Below, piece after piece: positions 1 through 7,215 of a stretch of DNA of 18,833 nucleotides. Below the pieces are notes generated by a model. The model was not told the DNA's origin and did no database searches. It worked only from the letters and a program-made list of their open reading frames with translations. The number at the start of each line of letters is the position of its first letter. The first letter of the stretch is position 1. Both the position numbers and the translations under genes were made by a program. Location of the stretch: the IMG/VR virus record IMGVR_UViG_2582580966_000005. One strand, 5' to 3'. The DNA is from a virus (Duplodnaviria; Heunggongvirae; Uroviricota; Caudoviricetes).

Positions 1-269
1 TCAGGGTTAATGGCGATAAATTCCTCTACCATCAGTGCAATCATGGAACCTCGCCCCCAGAGTTCTCTTGCTTGTGAAGCTCGGGTAATACGTACTGGTA
101 CATCAAGCTGACCGCGCCCCTGAATGGTAGTGTCTTTCATTGCAGCCTGACCAAACAACAGTACCGCCTGACGCTGTGGTGGAGTGCCGGTCACGGCCAT
201 TGAATTATTGATTTCAATCTGTACCAGCGGAATGCGATTGTTATCGCCGATATAATCAAAGTTAATCAT
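1..269 (-). CDS. Tail sheath protein (Mu L / gp39-like), N-terminal part only; continues beyond the window start
   Basis: ATG at 267..269 with AGGGGA Shine-Dalgarno. My translation reads MINFDYIGDNNRIPLVQIEINNSMAVTGTPPQRQAVLLFGQAAMKDTTIQG..., open to coordinate 1; pattern typical of contractile tail sheath N-termini. Confidence 0.6.
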   Translation of the reverse strand, partial: MINFDYIGDNNRIPLVQIEINNSMAVTGTPPQRQAVLLFGQAAMKDTTIQGRGQLDVPVRITRASQARELWGRGSMIALMVEEFIAINP

Positions 270-541
270 CAGGACGTCCCCTTGTCTGATGCTGCGGGTT
301 TTTCAGTCGCAGGTTTTTCTGCTGCCGCTCCCGCGGGTTTTCCGGCGGCATCAGTCGTTGCAGACGCTGCTGCCGGTGCTGCTTCAGCCGCTTTTTCCAC
401 CACAATGACGTCCCCGTCATTAAGACGGCGGCACCAGAACGGGGTGAAGGGTTTCTCTTCACCGTTCTGTGAGAGCGGAGTCATCGTGTCGGGATCGCGA
501 ATCAGGCATCCCGGCGCAGGTTTAATAAAAATGGTTGTCAT
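269..541 (-). CDS. Small protein (90 aa) with Ala/Pro/Lys-rich low-complexity C-terminus, Mu gp38 position
   Basis: ATG start with GAGGAA Shine-Dalgarno; stop overlaps the sheath ATG by 1 nt. C-terminus AAEAAPAAASATTDAAGKPAGAAAEKPATEKPAASDKGTS. Confidence 0.5.
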   Translation of the reverse strand: MTTIFIKPAPGCLIRDPDTMTPLSQNGEEKPFTPFWCRRLNDGDVIVVEKAAEAAPAAASATTDAAGKPAGAAAEKPATEKPAASDKGTS

Positions 542-544
542 CTG

Positions 545-1108
545 TTATTCCTCTGACGGTCCGGCGTTTTCACCGGCGGCAGTTGCACCAGGCAGACGGA
601 TGTGTGCCTTAAACTCCGGCGTGCCTTCCGGTTCGGTAAAGGTTTCGTAATGGCGCAGGAAATCATCCAGCGAGCTGATATCCGTCAGCGGGTCGATCAT
701 TTCCTCGCATGAGAAATACAGGGCGTACATCACGGCACCGCTGCCTGCCTGCGTTTCGGTGTAACCGTTGACCGCCTTTTCAAAGTAAAGCGGTGAGGTT
801 TTTTCTGCTCTGAAGCCGTCCAGCACGGTAATCAGGCGGGCCACAATCTGATAAAGCCCGGGACGGCTGACCTCACGGCCATTGAGCATGTCGCCGATGA
901 CGTAGAACACCCAGTGACTGACCAGACGCCCACGGGTACGCCCTTCACCGGCACCCAGCCAGGCAACATAGATAGCCGGGGCGTTAATCAGCATGGTGCG
1001 CAGTACGCTGTCGCTCCAGTCGCCGGGATGTGTGTCAACAGACACCAGTTCATTCCCGAAATACTCACGGATACGGGCGATGTACGCCTGCTCGGTTTCC
1101 GTAATCAT
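545..1108 (-). CDS. Mu gp37-like protein (DUF1834 family), 187 aa
   Basis: ATG start overlapping the upstream stop; family assignment from recollection and position. Confidence 0.55.
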   Translation of the reverse strand: MITETEQAYIARIREYFGNELVSVDTHPGDWSDSVLRTMLINAPAIYVAWLGAGEGRTRGRLVSHWVFYVIGDMLNGREVSRPGLYQIVARLITVLDGFRAEKTSPLYFEKAVNGYTETQAGSGAVMYALYFSCEEMIDPLTDISSLDDFLRHYETFTEPEGTPEFKAHIRLPGATAAGENAGPSEE

Positions 1109-1524
1109 ATAAAGCCCTTCTGGTTGCGCCCGAACACCGCCGCATCAGACTGCACCTGCGGTAAATCCCCGGATTCAGGGGCCGCACCGTCTGTATCCAC
1201 GCCGACCGGCACGTTACCGTTCATGACATCTTTCAGCCAGGCCAGCGCCTCACGGTAACGGTCACGCGCCTGATCGGATGCCCGCTGATCGCACAGGTAA
1301 TAAAAGGCAATCGTGCAGCAATGCTGAACAAGGACCGCCGGAACCACCGCCAGCGGCAGCGTGTAACGGGAAGACAGATAGCTGTCGATAAGGGCAGACG
1401 CGTCCGTCAGTGCCCGGTTCAGCTTGCGCGTGTCCGGTTCATCCGAACGGGGCACGGCCAGTAATGGCCTGAGCAAATCCTCGCGGTAACGTGCCCGCAT
1501 ATCGGTTTCGGTGGCGTAATTCAT
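1105..1524 (-). CDS. Mu gp36-like head protein (DUF1320 family), 139 aa
   Basis: ATG start, coupled by ATGA overlap at both ends. Family assignment is from recollection plus position after the capsid gene. Confidence 0.55.
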   Translation of the reverse strand: MNYATETDMRARYREDLLRPLLAVPRSDEPDTRKLNRALTDASALIDSYLSSRYTLPLAVVPAVLVQHCCTIAFYYLCDQRASDQARDRYREALAWLKDVMNGNVPVGVDTDGAAPESGDLPQVQSDAAVFGRNQKGFI

Positions 1525-1886
1525 GCGCGCGCCTTTTTCGCCTGTCTGGCGTTATTGCCGGTCTTTTTCCGGGGAGCATCCTGTACGGTTTCGGTTTCGG
1601 CTTCGGCTAAATCTGCACCGGTCTCTGCATGAACCACACCCGCCACGGCTCCCGCATCATCACCAGGCGTCTGTAGTATTCGTACAGTGAGGCATGGCTC
1701 CGCTTCCAGTCGGGCAAGCTGCTCCGGGGTGACGTCAACCTGCTGGCGTCCCCGCATGAACAGGAACCCCGCACGACGAAAATGCGTACGACTGCAACGC
1801 ACTTCTGCCAGTACCGTGACAGGACTGTCACCACTGACCTGAAGGCCTGAATCATCTGTTGCTGCCACAGTGTGATGTTCATTCAT
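1521..1886 (-). CDS. Hypothetical head-module protein (121 aa), Mu gp35 position
   Basis: ATG start with GGAGGG Shine-Dalgarno; stop overlaps the next ATG (ATGA). Confidence 0.5.
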   Translation of the reverse strand: MNEHHTVAATDDSGLQVSGDSPVTVLAEVRCSRTHFRRAGFLFMRGRQQVDVTPEQLARLEAEPCLTVRILQTPGDDAGAVAGVVHAETGADLAEAETETVQDAPRKKTGNNARQAKKARA

Positions 1887-1903
1887 ATTTGCCCTCCGCA
1901 GGG

Positions 1904-1922
1904 GCCGGGCCGTAAGCCCGGC
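1904..1922 (-). other. GC-rich stem-loop immediately downstream of the capsid gene (no U-tract)
   Basis: Minus strand reads GCCGGGC-ttacg-GCCCGGC (7-bp stem), placed between the capsid stop (1930) and the Shine-Dalgarno of the next gene. Confidence 0.45.
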
Positions 1923-1929
1923 TCACCGT

Positions 1930-2751
1930 TTACAGATAATCCGCGACAACCAGCTCCAGCTTGCCCTTCATCTCGTTAGAGACTGTGGCGTTACCGTCTG
2001 CGAACAGCTCGCGCTCCAGCAGCTGCACCGCCTGTTTTTCCAGCGAGGTGGGGACAACAATATGGGTGGGTTTGATGCCGAGTTTGCGGCCACCGTCAGC
2101 CTTAAAGTCACGCATGGCTGCCCAGCCGTGCCACAGCGCATCCAGCGTCAGCGGTGACTGCATCATGTAGGCCATCTGCCAGAAGCCGTAGCCCACATTG
2201 CGACGGGCGGAAGCACCGAACACAAACTCGTTATCAGTAAACGCACGGCCTTCATCGACTTTTGTCTGGGCAACCAGTTCGGCTTTGCGGCGATCCTGAT
2301 AAATCAGCGGTTTTACCGCGCGGGAGCAGTCAAGCAGATACCAGGCCGGGCCGCTGTAATCCGCCTGTGCACCGACAGAGCCGGTTTTTGCCACAAACAT
2401 ATTGCTGACCATCTGTGCATCACCGGAGCCATCCACTTTGGGGTAAACAGGGTGTTCGGTATCAAAGAAGTTCTGGCCGTCATAGCAGGCCGCATTCAGA
2501 CCATCACGCAGTGCAGCAAAGACCAGTTCATCCGGTTGTGCCGCAGCGGCACGACCCATTTCCTGGAATAACGGGGAGTAGATGCCGAGATTGTCGTCTT
2601 CAAAGTCATCGCGGCTATCCGCGTTCGCTTTTGAAAATGCGTCCTTCGGACTCAGCCTTATCCAGCAACTGCTCCAGCGTGGTGCTGCCGTGTTGTGCCG
2701 ACAGCGCGGCATATTCGGTACGCAGGGCGTTATACGTCTCAACGGGCACAT
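1930..2751 (-). CDS. Major capsid protein (Mu T / gp34-like); start unresolved
   Basis: The frame codes convincingly from about 2640 downward (...DDFEDDNLGIYSPLFQEMGRAAAAQPDELVF... to ...KGKLELVVADYL). The only upstream in-frame starts (ATG 2751, TTG 2742, ATG 2712) lie inside the I gene in a stretch with poor codon usage (aga, ata, agg) and four Cys; a stop at 2758..2760 closes the frame. Confidence 0.7.
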   Translation of the reverse strand: MCPLRRITPCVPNMPRCRHNTAAPRWSSCWIRLSPKDAFSKANADSRDDFEDDNLGIYSPLFQEMGRAAAAQPDELVFAALRDGLNAACYDGQNFFDTEHPVYPKVDGSGDAQMVSNMFVAKTGSVGAQADYSGPAWYLLDCSRAVKPLIYQDRRKAELVAQTKVDEGRAFTDNEFVFGASARRNVGYGFWQMAYMMQSPLTLDALWHGWAAMRDFKADGGRKLGIKPTHIVVPTSLEKQAVQLLERELFADGNATVSNEMKGKLELVVADYL

Positions 2752-3529
2752 ATTTCGTCAGATCAATAGTGCCGCCAGTTGGTGTGCCTTTTGCGGTTTC
2801 CAGTTCTGCCGACAGGCTGGCAACCTGCGTTTTCAGGGTGTCGTGCGCATCCGCACGGGTTTTGCTCCCGGTAAGGGCAGACAGCGCCGCCGTGCCCAGT
2901 TCCGGTGTAAATTCGTCACCGTCAGCCACGGTCAGACCGAGCGCCGTCAGCAACTGGCGTAATTGCTCATTCATGGGGGATTGCTCCTGAGAAGGGGAAA
3001 CGACATAGAGATCATCAGCACTGAGTGCCGCGACAGGGTTCATACCCGTAATACCCGGATCATTCGTCAGGGAAGCCATGCGCAACAGGTAGGGCTCCCC
3101 GGTGTCAGCGAAATAATGCATATATGCAGACAGATAGGCATATTCACGGTCATCAATATGTTTTTGTGCCTGTGGTGTCCATTCAGGTTTAATGAAAATC
3201 CCCTGACCCTCACGCCATTCGATGTTTTCCGGCTTAACCCATCCTGCAGCAATAGCCTTGAATCCGTTTTTCTGCGCATTCACGGAGTGATGGTCATAAT
3301 CAATCAGTAACGGCTGATGCAGGGCGGAAAGCCCGGCTTTCATCCGGTTACAGGCGGATTCGTTAATCAGCCAGCCTTCAGTCGGTTTTTCCGGGCGACC
3401 GTCACGGGCCTTTACCCGACCGGCTGGCAGTAACTGACACCATCCGTCGCCGGATGCAGTCAGCGAAGCTGAAAGCACGGCTAAACCGGAGGGGCGATTT
3501 GCGTCTTTTGGGTGATTTTCTGTCTTCAT
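2615..3529 (-). CDS. Protease/scaffold protein (Mu I / gp32-like), 304 aa
   Basis: ATG start; Ala/Leu/Thr-rich coiled-coil-like C-terminal half, consistent with a scaffold domain. My hand translation of 2641..2950 confirms this frame with host-like codon usage. Confidence 0.75.
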   Translation of the reverse strand: MKTENHPKDANRPSGLAVLSASLTASGDGWCQLLPAGRVKARDGRPEKPTEGWLINESACNRMKAGLSALHQPLLIDYDHHSVNAQKNGFKAIAAGWVKPENIEWREGQGIFIKPEWTPQAQKHIDDREYAYLSAYMHYFADTGEPYLLRMASLTNDPGITGMNPVAALSADDLYVVSPSQEQSPMNEQLRQLLTALGLTVADGDEFTPELGTAALSALTGSKTRADAHDTLKTQVASLSAELETAKGTPTGGTIDLTKYVPVETYNALRTEYAALSAQHGSTTLEQLLDKAESEGRIFKSERG

Positions 3530-3706
3530 ACCGGCAGCATAAGCCGGGTATTTTTGGGGCTGGTTTTGCGGGACTTCAGAAAGTGCTGACAGGGGGGGAA
3601 TGAGAAAGGCGCTTCACGCAGATTTTAAAGCCCGTTAAATACAGGTTAGAAAATCACGACACGCGCCTGAAGGGGGTAAGGTAATACGTTTACATACCTT
3701 AAACCA
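3530..3706 (-). promoter_or_regulatory. Candidate late promoter/operator region upstream of the I gene
   Basis: Longest non-coding gap in the head module (177 bp). Contains a 7-bp inverted repeat (plus 3677..3683 taaggta and 3695..3701 tacctta) and C-tracts (CCCCC, CCCCCCC) on the minus strand. Mu has a C-dependent promoter upstream of I. Confidence 0.3.
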
Positions 3707-4180
3707 TTACGGCGTTTCTGTGGCCTTTTTAAAGCGTTTTCTGATTTCGTCCATGATCTCCTGTTCTGCCACCTGATCAAAGCCCATATACGGACGTGCG
3801 CCAATGGCCGCCGGTCCCGGTGGCATACCAGGCAGGCCACCCCACTGATGAATGGCTGCATAAGGTTCATTTGATCCAATCAGCGCCCAGGTATCGCCAT
3901 AATCCGTGGTCAGGCGGCGGGCCAGATCGCCGTTCAGCGTCAGGATTTTGCCGGGCGTGTATCCCTTACGGGTACGCCACTCACGGTAAGGATCTGACCA
4001 GTCATGCCAGCGTTCACCATCCGGCTCTTTTTCCTGCTCAAACGCCATTTCTGACGATGACAGAAGACTCGCCGCCACACTGCGGGCCAGGTCTTTTCCG
4101 CCGCCCACAAACTGAAGCCGGGCAAACACTCGCTGGAGACGCGTAACGTCAACAACGACAGCTGCATCAATGGATGACAT
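3707..4180 (-). CDS. Virion morphogenesis protein (Mu G / gp31-like), 157 aa
   Basis: ATG start with GGAGG Shine-Dalgarno; size and position between F and I match Mu G. Confidence 0.7.
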   Translation of the reverse strand: MSSIDAAVVVDVTRLQRVFARLQFVGGGKDLARSVAASLLSSSEMAFEQEKEPDGERWHDWSDPYREWRTRKGYTPGKILTLNGDLARRLTTDYGDTWALIGSNEPYAAIHQWGGLPGMPPGPAAIGARPYMGFDQVAEQEIMDEIRKRFKKATETP

Positions 4181-4301
4181 ATTGCCTCCGCATAAAGGAT
4201 GAATATAAAATAAACAGGCGGTCAGTGTACGCTTAACTGGTAAAGTCGGTGCCTGCCTCCGGGTGGATCATGTATGCGGGTTCGACCCCCGCCACTGACC
4301 G

Positions 4302-5633
4302 TTAATCAATTTGTCCTTCCAGCACCTCAAGCATTCCGCCCCGGATATCCGATTTCAGCTTATCCATATTGATAACCCGGTAAGCATTCACAATCACATC
4401 CAGTTTGTCGGGCTGACGTTTCAGACTGTACGGTGCATTAACGGCAATCTGCACACTGCCATCCTGATTTTCCACGATATACATCAGATTGTTGTGCCGT
4501 TTGTCCCACAGTACCGCTTTTGGCCTTGCCAGCATTGCCGGTAAGCGCCCGAAGTCCTCCGGCGTCAGAGCGATGCCGTCATTCTGATGTTTCACACTGT
4601 CCGCATGGAGCACATTTTTACCGCTCATCGCCAGCAGGCGGGCCGGTGGCGTTCCCGTCCGGCTTTCCACTGCCTGCGCAATGCTTTCAGTCATAAAGCC
4701 CAGCGTGCGGATATCGTTACCACCTCGCCGGGTCTGCATGATGTTTTTTGCCCAGATGCGGAACGCCAGCTGCCGCTCCGGGCTGTTGTTCATCTCCTGA
4801 ACCACCATTTCCCGTAACGCCGGGCTTTTCACCTCGATCAGTTTGCGGATCAGCGCCTGGTCTGTGCCGAACGCTGCCGAGCCGGGGTTATATGACCAGC
4901 CCACATCCGGTGTCATGGTTCTGGTGCCATCTGAATATGTGGTCACCGGCATTTCTCTGACTTCTCCGGTCTGTTTATCCACGCCAGCCTCAACATTGCG
5001 GGTGGAGAGATGATCCTCACCGGATGAAACGGATAACCCCATTGCATCCAGACGGGCCTGAGACAATGGCCGCACACGGCAGCGGCAGTTCCAGCCATTG
5101 GGCGGGTAGTGTGTTTTCCAGAACGGATCGTCATAGCGGAATACCAGACCGTTAAGGGCGGAATGCGACGGGCGGGTACGGCTGTCCATGACCGCCACAT
5201 ACTGCCAGAACGGATGCGTGTCCGTGTTGTTCATCATCTGCGTGTAACGCCCGGCATTGTAAGCCACACGGGTGTTCACGTTGTAAATCAGCACCAGACG
5301 ACGGGGACTGCCCAGCTGCACTTCTTCCGCGTTACCGTCGCTGTCCACCACAATCTGCTTTCCCCACCATCCCAGCTTTTGCAGGCGTGGCGTCAGTGTG
5401 CGGATAAATTCTTTCTGTGAAATCCCCTCATCAATGGCCCGCTGCACTTCGGCCTGTAATGTGGTTACCACATCCAGCCGTGCCGTTTTTGCTGCCGTGA
5501 ATGAGCGGGCATGAACATCCGCGTCTGTTTCGAACCAGTTCCAGCTGATATGCGCCCCTTTGGCGCGGAAGTATGCCACCGTCTCTTTTGAGGGAAGCGT
5601 GGCGGCATAACCTAAATCAATCCCCTGAGCCAT
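4302..5633 (-). CDS. Head morphogenesis protein (Mu F / gp30-like, SPP1 gp7 family), 443 aa
   Basis: ATG start with AAGGGGA Shine-Dalgarno; overlaps the portal 3-prime end by 17 nt. Central region with conserved-looking motifs (PFWQYVAVMDSRTRPSH, GWNCRCRV) typical of this family. Confidence 0.8.
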   Translation of the reverse strand: MAQGIDLGYAATLPSKETVAYFRAKGAHISWNWFETDADVHARSFTAAKTARLDVVTTLQAEVQRAIDEGISQKEFIRTLTPRLQKLGWWGKQIVVDSDGNAEEVQLGSPRRLVLIYNVNTRVAYNAGRYTQMMNNTDTHPFWQYVAVMDSRTRPSHSALNGLVFRYDDPFWKTHYPPNGWNCRCRVRPLSQARLDAMGLSVSSGEDHLSTRNVEAGVDKQTGEVREMPVTTYSDGTRTMTPDVGWSYNPGSAAFGTDQALIRKLIEVKSPALREMVVQEMNNSPERQLAFRIWAKNIMQTRRGGNDIRTLGFMTESIAQAVESRTGTPPARLLAMSGKNVLHADSVKHQNDGIALTPEDFGRLPAMLARPKAVLWDKRHNNLMYIVENQDGSVQIAVNAPYSLKRQPDKLDVIVNAYRVINMDKLKSDIRGGMLEVLEGQID

Positions 5634-7215
5634 CCAGCATCCCCTTCATTTCCGCAGCAAACATGGCATCACTGAGCAGCGTCATCAGGCGGGAATCATC
5701 CATTTCACGGTAAAGGGCAGGCAGGTCTGCCAGTGCCTCCGCCAGCCCCCGCGTTCTGATGACATCAATGACCGGCTCCAGCACCGGATCGATGGCCTCC
5801 TGTAAGCGGCGGGCAGGCACCGCGTCCCCCATGTCGTCCAGTTCATCACGCGGCGTGTTTTTCGCTTCCGGCAGTCGGGCTGAAAGCGCCGTCTGTTCTG
5901 TCTTTTCCTGTTTTTCCGGTAGCGTTTCCCTGTCAGGCATGGCCGGTTCATTACTGCTCTGACGGACACGGAATATGGCTTCACCGGGCGTGGGCTGTGG
6001 AATACCGGTCTGCTCCCGTACCCAGGGATCAGGAATATCCATCCCCGCACTGAGTTGCATCACCGCACTGGCTATTTTGGTGATATCCCCCGGTTCTTTG
6101 GTCTGGAAACAGATACGCGGCAGGCGACGGATATCAATGGCGTGGGCGGTGTTCAGGGCATACAGCGGATACACCAGATCGCGGTTTAGGGTTGCAGCCA
6201 GCTGGCGTAAATCAGAATCCCTGATTTCCCGGCGCACCTCGTTATGCACCTCACCCAGCGAGCGCGCGCCTTTGTCTCCGGCTTCTGTGGTCAGCGTGCC
6301 GCCGAGTATTGCTTTGGAGATGGAACGCTCACCCCACGAAATCATGGTTTCAAACGGATCGGCCTGACCGTTCGCTGCCGCCTGAAACTCCAGCGACATC
6401 CCGGCCGGGATGATCCCGCCTGTACGTCGCCCGATATCCATCACCGCCCGCATCAGGGCACTTTTCTGCTCCGGTGTTGCCCCGGACGGGTATTTCCCGA
6501 CCTTCATTGGCAGGCCGTACACCTCCAGAAATTCCGCCAGATCGCGCACGGAATAGTTTTTGAAAATGAACGGCCAGATAAGCGTTCTGACAAGCCCCGT
6601 CGCACCACCGTAGCCGGTGCGTGAACGCGACTGATGCACTATCCAGCCAAAGGGCTGAAACGCCACCCCGGCATGGCTGCCGTCACGCAGCCGCAGTTCG
6701 CTCAAATCATCCGGGTTAAGGCAGAAATGCCCGCTGTCACGCCATCGGATGGCGCGGATGATGTGCATCTTACCGAGCATCCCGTGCTCAATCTCCATGC
6801 AGGAATAGCCCTTCAGGATGGCATCGGTGGCATCAAATAACATGGCATCAAACCAGTCGGCGGAATGCAGATATTCGTCGAGCATTTCCGCGTCCTTTTT
6901 CTCATTCGCGCTGGCGTTCGGTGGCGGCTCAATGCTCCATGGCACCCCCTGAATGGCAAGACGTCGCTTGCCCAGCTCCGCAAAAAGGTGGGTGTCCTTT
7001 TCTTCAATGTCAGCCGCCAGATCGGACTGGGCAATCAGATCGCCACGTTCAGCCCCGCGAAGGCACTGCGCCGCCCGGTTCGGGGTGATACCCGAGGCGG
7101 GATGCTCAACATAACGGCTGGCAATCTGCGGAATATCCAGCGCGGTACTTTGCATCTCCGGGTCAAAGGAGAAAGGTTTTCCGTCAAGATCAATTATGCG
7201 TCCCACTACCAGCAC
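5617..7215 (-). CDS. Portal protein (Mu gp29-like, DUF935 family), about 532 aa
   Basis: Track start at 7213..7215 is a GTG overlapping the terminase stop by 10 nt; first in-frame ATG is 20 codons further in. Large protein between terminase and F, as in Mu. Confidence 0.8.
   Translation of the reverse strand: MLVVGRIIDLDGKPFSFDPEMQSTALDIPQIASRYVEHPASGITPNRAAQCLRGAERGDLIAQSDLAADIEEKDTHLFAELGKRRLAIQGVPWSIEPPPNASANEKKDAEMLDEYLHSADWFDAMLFDATDAILKGYSCMEIEHGMLGKMHIIRAIRWRDSGHFCLNPDDLSELRLRDGSHAGVAFQPFGWIVHQSRSRTGYGGATGLVRTLIWPFIFKNYSVRDLAEFLEVYGLPMKVGKYPSGATPEQKSALMRAVMDIGRRTGGIIPAGMSLEFQAAANGQADPFETMISWGERSISKAILGGTLTTEAGDKGARSLGEVHNEVRREIRDSDLRQLAATLNRDLVYPLYALNTAHAIDIRRLPRICFQTKEPGDITKIASAVMQLSAGMDIPDPWVREQTGIPQPTPGEAIFRVRQSSNEPAMPDRETLPEKQEKTEQTALSARLPEAKNTPRDELDDMGDAVPARRLQEAIDPVLEPVIDVIRTRGLAEALADLPALYREMDDSRLMTLLSDAMFAAEMKGMLDGSGD

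Noticed and set aside
282-650. 122-aa plus-strand ORF at the window start
   Set aside because: Overlaps the coupled minus-strand genes at 269..541 and 545..1108, which have verified ATG starts and Shine-Dalgarno sequences; antisense shadow.
1607-1882. 91-aa minus-strand ORF overlapping the 1521..1886 gene in another frame
   Set aside because: The 1521..1886 frame has an ATG with GGAGGG Shine-Dalgarno and an ATGA junction with the next gene; the alternative frame has no such support.
4276-4292. Possible canonical tRNA gene in the F-G gap
   Set aside because: Only the acceptor stem and T-arm can be folded; no acceptable D-arm or anticodon arm and no encoded CCA, so it is reported as a tRNA-like element in the findings rather than as a tRNA feature.
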